64,000 nucleotides of DNA from Dehalococcoidia bacterium (GTDB taxonomy: Bacteria; Chloroflexota; Dehalococcoidia; Lucifugimonadales; Australimonadaceae): positions 10,347-74,346 of the forward strand of contig DAOUJK010000054.1 in assembly GCA_034422795.1 (NCBI GenBank), in the 5' to 3' direction. A model generated the notes under the pieces. The model had not been told where the DNA came from, ran no database searches, and saw nothing but the letters and a program-made list of their open reading frames with translations. Both the position numbers and the translations under genes were made by a program. Every line of letters starts with the position of its first letter. The stretch's first letter is position 1. Positions 1 through 9,366 of this stretch are shown here, in pieces.

Positions 1-2079
1 GAGCGGCTGTTCCGGCTGCTGCAGCACGTCAACTTCGACCTGCCCAACGGCTGGCGCATGCCCTCCGACGTCCGCTACTACCTGCCGCACCGGCTGGCGG
101 AGTCCAGCGGGGCGTGGGCCGACGCCAACCGCCACCACCGCATGCGCAGTTGGGCGACGATGCCGGTGCTCTGGTACGACTACAACCGTCCGCTGACCGA
201 GTTGCCGTGGTGGTACGGCGACTACGAACCGTTCGCGTCGGCAAATACAAGCATCCTGCCGGAGTGGGAGCCGAGCGGCAGTTTCGCCGACCTCCGCGTC
301 TGGCTGGATACCAACGCCCGTTACGCCGCGCGGTACGGCCAGTCCGGCATATCGCCGGACGGCAGCATCTCCCATCACGTCGGCAGGCGTCAGGACCTCG
401 CATTCGCAGCCTACGGGTTCTCCTGGATGACGGGAACGACGTTCGAAGTGATGGGCCTCCTCGCGGGTACGCGGTGGCAGGCGAGCGACGAGCCGTACGA
501 CCAGACCGCGGACTTCCTGCTGTTCGCGTACCCGAGGCTCATCTACAAGAACGCCATCGACTTCCAGGCTATAGGGCGGGGCCACTATCAGGAGAGTACC
601 GCAGAGTACGGCTCCGGCAACCTGGCCGACGGCATAGCCACGATATTCGCCGCAGCGAGCGACGACACCGCTATCACACGCGGGTCTGAACTGGACGCTC
701 TCCGCGCTGCGATGGTCGACGGCACACACGAGCAGAGCGGCACCACCGCCTTCTGGGTGAACGACTACCTGGTGCACCGGCGCGGCGGAGCGGGTGAGAC
801 CCCGTACTTCACGTCGGTCAAGATGCAGTCGGCGCGCACGCGCGGGGCTGAGAGCTTCAGCGACAACCGTGGCTTCCACAACGGCAGCGGCGTCCTGCTG
901 GTGAAGGTGGACGGCGACGAATACAACGACAGCCGCCAACGGTGGGACTGGCATGCGCTGCCGGGCGTGACCGAGGAACTGCGCACCGACCGGATCCCTA
1001 GGCAGTCGGACGCGAACGAGTTCAACCCGGACCACTTCGCCGGGGTGGCCTCGAACGGTCGTTATGGACTCGCCGCGTTCCGGTACGCCAGCGACAACAG
1101 GTACGCCTCGGCGTCGGCGAACAAGGGCTACTTCTTCACCGATGACTACGTCCTGGCGCTGGGCAACGGCGTCAAGCGGGAGCGCAACACCAACCGCGAC
1201 CACAGGGGGTCCATCGTCACCACGCTCGACCAGGCTGCGTGGGATACGAACATCACCTACCGGCTGAACGGCGCGGGCAGGGACTCCGTGATACGCAAGG
1301 GCGTGAATACCGATGAGTCGTTCTCGATCACCGGCAGCAGCTGGTTCCACCATGACCGCATCGGCTACGTCATCCTGCCTGCAGGGGAGATCGACGTGAT
1401 GCTCAGAGGCGGCGATAGGGTGGCGGACAGCGATCCGAGGGACTCCGGCCCCGACGTCTTCCATCTGGCGATAGACCACGGCATAAGGCCGGACGGCGAG
1501 AGCGCCGAGGGCCAGTATGCCTACGTGCTCGTACCCAACGTGAGCGCCGCCGACATGCCCATCGTCATGGACCGCATCGAACAGCGGTTCGAGATCGTCA
1601 ACACGCTTGCCGCGCAGGGCCATCGCTACGCCGACGGCGGGATGGTCCTGGTGCAGTTGGCGTTCTACGAGGCGGGCAAGGTCGCATTCGACGACGGCAT
1701 GACGGTTGCCGTCGACAAGCCGGCGCTCGTGCAACTCCAGAAGACGGACGACGGCTGGAACGTCACTGCACAGGACCCGATGCACCACGCGGACGAAGCC
1801 GCGATAGCCGCATCGGACCAGTTCCAGCACATTCTGCTATCGGGCCCCAACCGGATCACGGTCGAGGTGAATGTGCCCCTCCGTGCGGGGACGTACACGT
1901 ACGAGACGCAGGGGCCGGACGTGCGCTTCGTGGATGGACAGACGGTCAGCGTCATCGGCAACGACGGCGCCAGCACACTCACGTTCGAGCTTCCCGACAG
2001 GCTGGACGCTGTCGCGTACGGCTACCGGGAGGAACTCTACGCGGGAATGCCCGCCGTGGTGGACGTGCCGTCTGCGTGA
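1..2079 (+). CDS. Polysaccharide lyase family 8 (chondroitin/hyaluronate lyase-like), 5'-partial
   Basis: Frame is open from base 1 (ORF track starts at 58). PL8-like segments: GISPDGSISHH..AAYG (catalytic His/Tyr region), IGRG, NDYLVHRR, GDEY...WDWHALPGVT, followed by a beta-rich C-terminal half. Confidence 0.8.
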   Translation, partial: ERLFRLLQHVNFDLPNGWRMPSDVRYYLPHRLAESSGAWADANRHHRMRSWATMPVLWYDYNRPLTELPWWYGDYEPFASANTSILPEWEPSGSFADLRVWLDTNARYAARYGQSGISPDGSISHHVGRRQDLAFAAYGFSWMTGTTFEVMGLLAGTRWQASDEPYDQTADFLLFAYPRLIYKNAIDFQAIGRGHYQESTAEYGSGNLADGIATIFAAASDDTAITRGSELDALRAAMVDGTHEQSGTTAFWVNDYLVHRRGGAGETPYFTSVKMQSARTRGAESFSDNRGFHNGSGVLLVKVDGDEYNDSRQRWDWHALPGVTEELRTDRIPRQSDANEFNPDHFAGVASNGRYGLAAFRYASDNRYASASANKGYFFTDDYVLALGNGVKRERNTNRDHRGSIVTTLDQAAWDTNITYRLNGAGRDSVIRKGVNTDESFSITGSSWFHHDRIGYVILPAGEIDVMLRGGDRVADSDPRDSGPDVFHLAIDHGIRPDGESAEGQYAYVLVPNVSAADMPIVMDRIEQRFEIVNTLAAQGHRYADGGMVLVQLAFYEAGKVAFDDGMTVAVDKPALVQLQKTDDGWNVTAQDPMHHADEAAIAASDQFQHILLSGPNRITVEVNVPLRAGTYTYETQGPDVRFVDGQTVSVIGNDGASTLTFELPDRLDAVAYGYREELYAGMPAVVDVPSA

Positions 2080-2114
2080 GCGTATACACCGAACGGCCCG
2101 GTCGGGAGGGTCCC

Positions 2115-2281
2115 ATGACACACGCAGACGCAATAACGCTTTCGCGAGCGGAGTACCAGGTGCAGCTCGCCCGCATCGAGGAGCTAGAGGATATACTCGC
2201 TGCTCGCGTTGCCGACGATGGCAGGCGTACTCCCGCGATGTGGCGTTGGCTATCATCCGCGGGGAACGGCCCTTCGAATAA
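2115..2281 (+). pseudogene. Frameshifted, truncated N-terminal remnant of an XRE-type antitoxin
   Basis: RBS GGGAGGG then MTHADAITLSRAEYQVQLARIEELEDILAARVADDGRRTP; restoring one base near 2234 continues DVALAIIRGERPFE-stop, resembling the N-terminus of HTH antitoxins; the HTH itself is absent. Confidence 0.45.
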
Positions 2282-2298
2282 CCGGCACAGGAGCGCAC

Positions 2299-3165
2299 AT
2301 GCAGTTAGGCGTCGTTTTCCCGCAGAACGAGATAGGCGAGGACCCGGGCGCGGTACGCGCGTTCGCCGAGACAGCCGAGGGTCTCGGGTACGCGCACCTC
2401 ATCTTCTACGACCACGTCCTCGGTGCGGACACGCGGCGCAGGCCTGACTGGCGGGGAGCGTACTCGTACGAGGACACGTTCCACGAGCCGATGGTCACGT
2501 TCGGCTACCTCGCCGCGCTCACCAGCCGTATCGAACTCGTGACCGGGGTCATCATCCTCCCCCAGCGGCAGACGGTGCTTGTTGCCAAGCAGGCGGCGCA
2601 GGTGGACGTGCTCAGTGGTGGGCGGCTCCGCCTCGGGATCGGCATCGGCTGGAACGACGTCGAGTACGAGGGTTTGGGCGAGAACTTCCACAACCGCGGC
2701 AAACGCTCCGAGGAGCAGGTGGAGCTGTTGCGCGCCCTCTGGACGAATGAGTCCGTCGACTTTCAGGGCCGATGGCACAGCATCCCCGGCGCAGGCATCA
2801 GGCCTCTGCCGGTGCAGCGCCCCATTCCCGTCTGGTTCGGCGGCGGACGCTCGGACGGTGTGCTGCGCCGCATCGCCCGCCTGGGCGACGGCTGGTTCCC
2901 GCAACTGCAGGCCGACGAAGCGGGCAAGGAGCGGATCGAAGCGTTCCGGAACTTCGTCGCCGAGGCGGGACGCTCGCTGGATGACGTGGGCGTCGACGCC
3001 CGGGTTGCGGTGTCGCGCGGTGGGATCGACGGCGCGCTGCGGGACTGCGAAACATGGACCAGATGGGGCGTGACGCACGTATCCTTCAACACGCTGCGCG
3101 CAGGTTTTACATCGGCTGACGAGCACATCAACGCCCTGCGCCGCTTCAAAGAAGCGGCAGGGTAG
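2299..3165 (+). CDS. LLM-class F420-dependent oxidoreductase
   Basis: MQLGVVFPQ..., DHVLG, HEPMVTFGYLAA, RQTVLVAKQAAQVDVLSGGRLRLGIGIGWN; ATG at 2299 after AGGAG. Confidence 0.9.
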   Translation: MQLGVVFPQNEIGEDPGAVRAFAETAEGLGYAHLIFYDHVLGADTRRRPDWRGAYSYEDTFHEPMVTFGYLAALTSRIELVTGVIILPQRQTVLVAKQAAQVDVLSGGRLRLGIGIGWNDVEYEGLGENFHNRGKRSEEQVELLRALWTNESVDFQGRWHSIPGAGIRPLPVQRPIPVWFGGGRSDGVLRRIARLGDGWFPQLQADEAGKERIEAFRNFVAEAGRSLDDVGVDARVAVSRGGIDGALRDCETWTRWGVTHVSFNTLRAGFTSADEHINALRRFKEAAG

Positions 3166-3183
3166 GGCGCAGAGGAGGGACAT

Positions 3184-3732
3184 ATGAACATCGCACTGAT
3201 CATCCTGGACATGGCGAAGGGCTACGGCTGGGCGCCTGGTTCCTACGGCTACGAGATGGTGGCGAACGTGCGGCGGCTGAAGGACGCCGCATACGCCGCC
3301 GAGGTGCCCGTCATCCACGTCAACTCGATGCGGCGCGAGAGCGACAACGTCGGCGATTGGTCCCGCGTGTCCATGAAGGAGGGCACGGAGGCGCTCGACG
3401 TCATCCCGGAGCTGCAGCCGGTTGACAGGGACACGCTCGTCTACAAGCGCTACCTGAGCGGCTTCTCTCACAACGATCTGGACTACGTCCTGCGCACGAT
3501 GCACCGCGACACCGTCATCATCGCCGGGGCGTCGACCGACAACACGGTACTCTGGACATCCGCCGATGCGTTCCAACTGCGCTACAAGGTTGTGGTGGTG
3601 GAGGACTGCACGATGGTGCACAGGGAGAGCGAGCCGCCGGAGGTGAAGGAGTACGCCCTCCGCATCGTGCGCAACGTCCTCCACAGCGAAGTGCTGCCTC
3701 TCGACGAGGTCGTCGCCCGGTACCTGAGCTGA
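3184..3732 (+). CDS. Cysteine hydrolase / isochorismatase-like family protein
   Basis: IILDM, KRYLSGF, AGASTDNTV..TSADAF..Y.V.VVEDC pattern; the usual nucleophile Cys position appears to be Thr. Confidence 0.8.
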   Translation: MNIALIILDMAKGYGWAPGSYGYEMVANVRRLKDAAYAAEVPVIHVNSMRRESDNVGDWSRVSMKEGTEALDVIPELQPVDRDTLVYKRYLSGFSHNDLDYVLRTMHRDTVIIAGASTDNTVLWTSADAFQLRYKVVVVEDCTMVHRESEPPEVKEYALRIVRNVLHSEVLPLDEVVARYLS

Positions 3733-3736
3733 GGCC

Positions 3737-4399
3737 ATGGAATGGGGTTACGCGGGGCCAACAGGCCCTGAGCATTGGGCGTCGCTCGCTCCGGAGTACG
3801 CCCCTTGCGCCGAGGGCGTGCAGCAGTCGCCGGTGGACATCGTTGGCTACGAGCGCGCCGCTGCTCCCGCGCTGTCGTTCTCGTACGGCGGCGGCGTGAG
3901 CGGGGTTGAGCTGGTGCGCGGCTCCGTCGTTGTGGAGTTCGCGTCGGGAAGCAGCCTCACGCTCGGAGAACGGCGGTACAGATTGCTGTCGGCCCATGCC
4001 CACGCTCCTGCCGAGCACCGGGTCGACGGCGAGCGGTTCGCGGCGGAACTGCACGTGGTGCATGAAGACGCGTCAGGTGACGCCCTCGTGGTCGGCGTCC
4101 TCTTCCGGATCGGCGACGCCAGTCCTGTCCTGCAGGCGATGCTCGACGCAGTCGCGGGAGAGACGGCGGACTCACTGCTCGACGCAGCGGCCTTCGCTCC
4201 CCTTGCTACTGCGTTCTACTGCTACACCGGCTCGAAGACGACTCCCCCGTGTCAGGAGCCGGTCGAGTGGGTGGTGATGCGCGATGCGGACACCGTATCG
4301 CGGGAGCAGGTGGGCGCGCTGCAGTCGTTCAGCCGCGGGCCGAACAACAGGCCGCTCCAACCGCTGCATGGGCGGAGGATCGTACTGGTTGGAGGGTAG
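3737..4399 (+). CDS. Alpha-class carbonic anhydrase
   Basis: WGYAGPTGPEHW, QSPVDI, HAHAPAEH and ELHVVH (Zn ligands), YTGSKTTPPC, NNRPLQPL; no signal peptide. Confidence 0.9.
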   Translation: MEWGYAGPTGPEHWASLAPEYAPCAEGVQQSPVDIVGYERAAAPALSFSYGGGVSGVELVRGSVVVEFASGSSLTLGERRYRLLSAHAHAPAEHRVDGERFAAELHVVHEDASGDALVVGVLFRIGDASPVLQAMLDAVAGETADSLLDAAAFAPLATAFYCYTGSKTTPPCQEPVEWVVMRDADTVSREQVGALQSFSRGPNNRPLQPLHGRRIVLVGG

Positions 4400-4405
4400 G
4401 GCGTC

Positions 4406-4960
4406 CTAGTTCAGCTGAGGGACCGTGCCGCCGCCGATGATGCCCGGCAGGATGCGCGGCAGGATGCCGGCCCACAGAGGGATGTCCAGCACGAGCCGGA
4501 AGATGATGTACAGCGGCAGGCCCGCTGCCACCATGACCCCGACGGCGTAGACCGGGATGAGGCGGGACTCGATGGTGAGGAAGAGCACCATGAAGACGGG
4601 TATCGCGATATAGAACCCGAAGACGAACGTCATCGCAAAGTAGAGTACGAGCCAGCCGTAGACGATGCCGACGCGTCGCCATGAGCCTGTCTCCATGCCG
4701 CCGGGGCTTCCGCCGGCGTCGTCCTCGGCGGCCTGCGGGGCGTCGTCCTCCGACACTCCGAAGGCCCCGGTCAGCTTGATGAGGCGCGGTGTGACCTCAG
4801 CCAGAACGAGGAACACCAGCAGAGTGATCGTCGGGATGCCGATGACGAACGCCGTGAGCTGTTGCTTGCCCGCGTAGGCGGTTGCCCCGAGCACGATGCT
4901 CAGCGCGATCGTGAGCAGGAAGGCGTAGACGCCGAGGTTGAAGCCGTTGATGCGCGTCAT
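4406..4960 (-). CDS. tctB: Tripartite tricarboxylate transporter small membrane subunit (TctB-like)
   Basis: ~185 aa with 4-5 TM segments, FGFYIAIPVFMVLFL, directly after tctA with a 4-bp overlap. Confidence 0.75.
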   Translation of the reverse strand: MTRINGFNLGVYAFLLTIALSIVLGATAYAGKQQLTAFVIGIPTITLLVFLVLAEVTPRLIKLTGAFGVSEDDAPQAAEDDAGGSPGGMETGSWRRVGIVYGWLVLYFAMTFVFGFYIAIPVFMVLFLTIESRLIPVYAVGVMVAAGLPLYIIFRLVLDIPLWAGILPRILPGIIGGGTVPQLN

Positions 4961-6465
4961 GGCTGCGCCCTCTGCGGTGCGGGGTTCTTCTTCGCTGCCT
5001 TGTACATCGACCATCCGAGCATGAACACGATGGCGAGCAACAGGATGATGGAGACCGGCCGCGTGAAGAAGATCGAGTAGCCGCCCCCGGATATCTGGAG
5101 CGACTGTGTGAACTTCTCCTCCGCAAGCTGCCCAAGAACGAACCCGATGACCAGCGTGATGAGCGGGAACCCCGCCCGCCGCATGGAGAAGCCGACGAGG
5201 GCGGCGAACACCGCGAGCGCCACGTCCCAGATGTTGCTCCGCACGGCGTAGACGCCGATGAACGACAGGATGGCCACGAACGGTGCGATGTACTTCACCG
5301 GCACGAGGCTGATGCGCGCGAGCCATGCGCCCCCGCCCAGGATGATGATGGTCGTCAGCACCTGCGCCGCGATGACGCCCAGGATGATTGCCCACACGAT
5401 GTCCAGCCGGTTCACGAGCAGGTCACGCCCCGGCTGGATGCCGTGTAGCACGAACGCCCCCATCAGGATGACCATCTCCCCGTTGCCGGGGATGCCGAAC
5501 GTGAGCGTTGGCAGCAGGATGCCGCCGTCCTTCGCGTCGTTGGACGATTCGGAGGCGACGACCCCTCCCGGATAGCCGGTGCCGAACAGCTCCGGTGTCT
5601 TGGACGCCTGCTTGGCGGTCGAGTAGGAGAGGAAGTTGGCCACTGCGCCGCCGGCGCCGGGGATGGCCCCGATGACCGTTCCGATGACCGAGCCTCGCAG
5701 CAGGATCGCCTTGTACTGGAAGACCTCGAACGCCCCCCGCATGATCTGCCGGAACCCGCCAAGGTTGACGCTCGCGTCCCTCGCGATGGACCCGCCGCGC
5801 GACGTGTAGACGATCAACTCGCTGAGCGCGAAGAACCCGATGACCAGCGGAACGATCTCGATGCCGTCCCACAGGTACTCGCTGCCCAGCGTGTAGCGCC
5901 TGACGCCGAATACCGGGCTGAACCCGATGAGCGCGATGAGGATGCCGACGCCGCCTGCCGCGATCCCCTTCACCATGTTCTGACGCGACGCGAACGTCAC
6001 GGCGATGAGGCCCAGGATGATGAGCCAGAAGAAGTCCGGCGGGGTGAACGCCCGCAGCATGACCTCCGCAAGCGGCAGCAGCGCCGCCAGCACGACGATG
6101 CTGAACAGCGTCCCGAGCGCCGACGCCGTGGCCGCCAGCCCTATGGCGCGCCCGCCCTCGCCCCGCCTCGTCATAGGGAAACCGTCGAACGTCGTGCAGA
6201 CGTTCGCTATCGTTCCCGGCGTGTTGAGGAGGATGGCGGGCACGCCGCCGCCCGTGCTCGCGGTGCCGATGATGCCCGCGAACACGTACATCGCGATGAT
6301 GGGGTCCCAGCCAAACGTGAACGGCAGGATCAGCGTCATGGCGATGACGCTGCCGAGACCGGGGATCACCCCGAACAGGACGCCGAGCGTCGTGCCCAGG
6401 ATGATCGCCCCGATCACGGCGGGACTCCCCATTCCGGCGAGGCCGTCGAGGAATGCCTCGAACAT
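4957..6465 (-). CDS. tctA: Tripartite tricarboxylate transporter permease TctA
   Basis: GVLFGVIPGLG, ILLNTPGT, IPGAGGAVANF, ESSNDA, PTLTFGIPG motifs; 502 aa hydrophobic protein. Confidence 0.9.
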   Translation of the reverse strand: MFEAFLDGLAGMGSPAVIGAIILGTTLGVLFGVIPGLGSVIAMTLILPFTFGWDPIIAMYVFAGIIGTASTGGGVPAILLNTPGTIANVCTTFDGFPMTRRGEGGRAIGLAATASALGTLFSIVVLAALLPLAEVMLRAFTPPDFFWLIILGLIAVTFASRQNMVKGIAAGGVGILIALIGFSPVFGVRRYTLGSEYLWDGIEIVPLVIGFFALSELIVYTSRGGSIARDASVNLGGFRQIMRGAFEVFQYKAILLRGSVIGTVIGAIPGAGGAVANFLSYSTAKQASKTPELFGTGYPGGVVASESSNDAKDGGILLPTLTFGIPGNGEMVILMGAFVLHGIQPGRDLLVNRLDIVWAIILGVIAAQVLTTIIILGGGAWLARISLVPVKYIAPFVAILSFIGVYAVRSNIWDVALAVFAALVGFSMRRAGFPLITLVIGFVLGQLAEEKFTQSLQISGGGYSIFFTRPVSIILLLAIVFMLGWSMYKAAKKNPAPQRAQP

Positions 6466-6486
6466 GAGAGTGTCGAGCCTCCCCCG

Positions 6487-7488
6487 CTATTGCGCCTGCG
6501 ACTTCTGCCGTACCGTGTCGATGTACTCGGAGACGATGCCGTCCATCCCCTGGACGACGTCGGCCGTCTCGGCGGGGGTCAGCCGCTCGACGCCCATGCC
6601 GGCGTTGTTGATGCCCTCGATCACACCCGGGTCCTGCAGGGCGCTGTCGAACGCGTCCGACAGTATCTGCAGGATGTCGTCCGGCGTGCCGGGGGCCGCC
6701 GCGACGAGTCCGTTGTTCGCGAACTTGGAGCCGCCGAGTTCGGGGAAGCCGAGTTCGTCGACCGTCGGCGCGTCCGGCACCGGGCCGAAGCGCTCGCTGG
6801 AGTACATCCACAGCACCTTGAAGTCCGGGCTCTGCACTGCGGTCAGCGTCGTGCCCGCGATCGGGCCGAGCGCCAGCTCACAGTCGCCGCGCAGCAGGCC
6901 GGCCTGCGTCTCCTGTCCGCGGTAGCCCGTCACCGGGTTCCACGCGATGCCCATCACCTCCGTGGTGACGGACGCGACCAGGAAGGAGTGTCCGGCCAGA
7001 CCGCTCAGGCAGAAGCGGACATCCGGCATGCCCTGCAGGTCCTGCGGCGTGTTGAAGTCGTTCGCGGACGCGGTGTACAGGCCGTAGGTCTGGATGACCG
7101 CGCGTCCGACCCATGAGAGTTCGTTGAAGTCCACGTTCTCAGGGTCCAGTCGTTCCGCCGTTATCTGGTTCGGCATGTTCATGATGGAGATGGCGTGGCC
7201 GTCCGGGTCGGAGCGGGATATCTCCTGAACGGCGCGGCGTCCCCCGCCGCCCTCGATATTCCGCACCACGACGTTCACGCCGAGGTCTTCGCTCATCTTG
7301 TCGGCGATGATGCGGCTCGCGGTGTCGAAGCCGCCGCCCGCTGCGAAGCCGACGAACCACTCGACGTCGCGAGTGGGGAAGTCCGGCTCGTCGTCGCCGC
7401 ACGCTGCGCCGAATGCCGCCACCGCCCCGAGCGCTCCCACGAGGAGCAGGAGCCTTCCCAAACGTCCTATCCTTCCTATCCGTTCCAT
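6487..7488 (-). CDS. tctC: TTT substrate-binding lipoprotein (TctC/Bug family)
   Basis: Lipobox-like FGAAC, VGFAAGGGFDTASR, VVRNIEGGGG, PDGH, PDAPTVDELG. Confidence 0.88.
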   Translation of the reverse strand: MERIGRIGRLGRLLLLVGALGAVAAFGAACGDDEPDFPTRDVEWFVGFAAGGGFDTASRIIADKMSEDLGVNVVVRNIEGGGGRRAVQEISRSDPDGHAISIMNMPNQITAERLDPENVDFNELSWVGRAVIQTYGLYTASANDFNTPQDLQGMPDVRFCLSGLAGHSFLVASVTTEVMGIAWNPVTGYRGQETQAGLLRGDCELALGPIAGTTLTAVQSPDFKVLWMYSSERFGPVPDAPTVDELGFPELGGSKFANNGLVAAAPGTPDDILQILSDAFDSALQDPGVIEGINNAGMGVERLTPAETADVVQGMDGIVSEYIDTVRQKSQAQ

Positions 7489-7519
7489 GTCAGAGTCCTC
7501 CCTGTGTTCTGGATGTGCC

Positions 7520-8551
7520 CTACAACGCGTAGAGCCGCGTCGGGTTGTGGTCCAGTATCTTGTCTGCCACCTCGTCCCCGAGGCCCCCGTTCTCGCGCAG
7601 GTTGCGGAGCGCGTGCAGCTCGGTCGACGTGTCGTTGTGGCCGTAGTCCGTGCCGAGCATGAGGTGGTCTTCCCCGGCGCAGTCGATGATGTAGTCCAGG
7701 TCGTCGGCCGTCTGCACGGCGACCCAGATGTTGCGCTCTTCCAGCAACTCGCGGCCCGGCCAAGCCCTGCCCTGCTTCTCGAAGCGCAGCGCAAGGTCGT
7801 TCATCGCGTAGGGTACCCACGACGCGCTCAGTTCGACGAACCCCCACCGCAGGTCCGGGAAGCGCAGGTGCATGTCCTTCATGATGATGTCGTGGAATGC
7901 GCCGACGCCCGAGAGCTTGAACGTGGAGAAGCCCGCGTCGCGTCCGAAGTAGTCGAAGAACGCGAAGTTGCCGGTCGCGGCGTGGATGCAGACGGGTAGG
8001 TCCAGCCGCTGCGCTTCCTCCCAGAGTGGGCTGAGGTATGGGTCGCTCAGCCGATGGGGCCCCTCGATACCGCGCATGAACACGGCGCACGCGCCGTTCT
8101 CCTTGCCGTACTGCATCTCCTCGATCGACTTGTCGAGCGACATCGTGGGGAGGACGACGGCCCAGCGGAGGCGCCTGCCGCCCTGCCGGTAGATGTCGGC
8201 GAGCCAGCGGTTGTAGCCCTGCGCGAGTGCAAGGTCGACCTCAGGGTGCGTTGCCAGCGGGCGGAGGAAGATGCTGGGGTAGAGGACGTGCGTGTCCACG
8301 CCTAACTCGTCCATGTGGGCGAGCCGTTTGGCGATGTCGCTCGCTTCTCGGGTCGCCTCGTCGGTGTCGAGGCCGACGTTGACCCCCTTGCTGAACGCGC
8401 GGCCGTCTATGTACCAGAACTCAGGCGAGGGCGACTTGTAGCCCTCCTTGGGCAGCAATACGATGGGGCGGAGGTGCTGCAGGTTTTCAGGGATGAAGTC
8501 CCAGGTGCGCTCCGATTCCACCACGTGTGCATCTGCGTCTATCACGGCCAT
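7520..8551 (-). CDS. Amidohydrolase family 2 protein (metal-dependent decarboxylase/hydratase-like)
   Basis: IDADAH, YNRWLAD, PVCIH, FVELSASWVP, LGTDYGH.D. Confidence 0.85.
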   Translation of the reverse strand: MAVIDADAHVVESERTWDFIPENLQHLRPIVLLPKEGYKSPSPEFWYIDGRAFSKGVNVGLDTDEATREASDIAKRLAHMDELGVDTHVLYPSIFLRPLATHPEVDLALAQGYNRWLADIYRQGGRRLRWAVVLPTMSLDKSIEEMQYGKENGACAVFMRGIEGPHRLSDPYLSPLWEEAQRLDLPVCIHAATGNFAFFDYFGRDAGFSTFKLSGVGAFHDIIMKDMHLRFPDLRWGFVELSASWVPYAMNDLALRFEKQGRAWPGRELLEERNIWVAVQTADDLDYIIDCAGEDHLMLGTDYGHNDTSTELHALRNLRENGGLGDEVADKILDHNPTRLYAL

Positions 8552-8690
8552 CGCGCACCTCCCGTCTGCGTCCGTCCGTTCATCTGGGGGCGACTTTATC
8601 TGTGATGGGGTGGCGAGGGCAAGAGAGGCTATAGGGATGGACAGGATGACAGCGCGGGGAGACGATTGGTGGACAGCAGAGGTATCCGTT

Positions 8691-9359
8691 ATGAGAGTTC
8701 AGCGCCAACCCACAACCACTCCCAGCCTAGTGATCTTCGATTGTGACGGGGTACTGGTCGACAGCGTGCCGTTGATAGAGCGTGTGCTCAGGCGCGTTCT
8801 CGAGGACTGCGGCCTCCGCCTGCAACCGGATGAGGAATGGCCGTTCCATGGGGTTTCGAACACCCTTGTCATGGATGCGGTGCAGGTCCGATGGGGCCTG
8901 TCGTTGCCGTCCGACTTCTTGGATGTGGTCAGCCGGGAAGCATGGGACGTGATGGAACGCGAACTCCGGGCGGTCCCGGGAGCGGCTGACGCGGTGCGCT
9001 CGATCGTCGATTCGGGGACCGCCACCTGCGTGGCATCGAGCGGTTCTGCCGAAGCGATAGAGCATCGACTGCGGCTCACCGGCCTCTACCACTGGTTTGA
9101 AGGGCGTCTGTTCGGCGCCGCCTATCTGCTTCGACCGAAACCCTGGCCGGACGTATTCCTTCTTGCCGCTGAGACGATAGGGTTTCTGCCTTCCGAGTGC
9201 GCGGTCATCGAGGATAGCGAGCCGGGTGTCGAGGCTGGTCTGGCAGCCGGGATGCGGGTGCTGGCGTTCGCGCCCGAAGCGAACGCTCTTGTTGCCGGAT
9301 CAACCGGTGTTGAGCGATTCGTCGAGATGGCATCGCTGCCAGCGCTACTTGGGCTCTAG
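8691..9359 (+). CDS. HAD-superfamily hydrolase (class IA)
   Basis: IFDCDGVLVDS (motif I), VASSG, KPWPDVF, VIEDSEPG. Confidence 0.9.
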   Translation: MRVQRQPTTTPSLVIFDCDGVLVDSVPLIERVLRRVLEDCGLRLQPDEEWPFHGVSNTLVMDAVQVRWGLSLPSDFLDVVSREAWDVMERELRAVPGAADAVRSIVDSGTATCVASSGSAEAIEHRLRLTGLYHWFEGRLFGAAYLLRPKPWPDVFLLAAETIGFLPSECAVIEDSEPGVEAGLAAGMRVLAFAPEANALVAGSTGVERFVEMASLPALLGL

Positions 9360-9366
9360 TCGGCCC

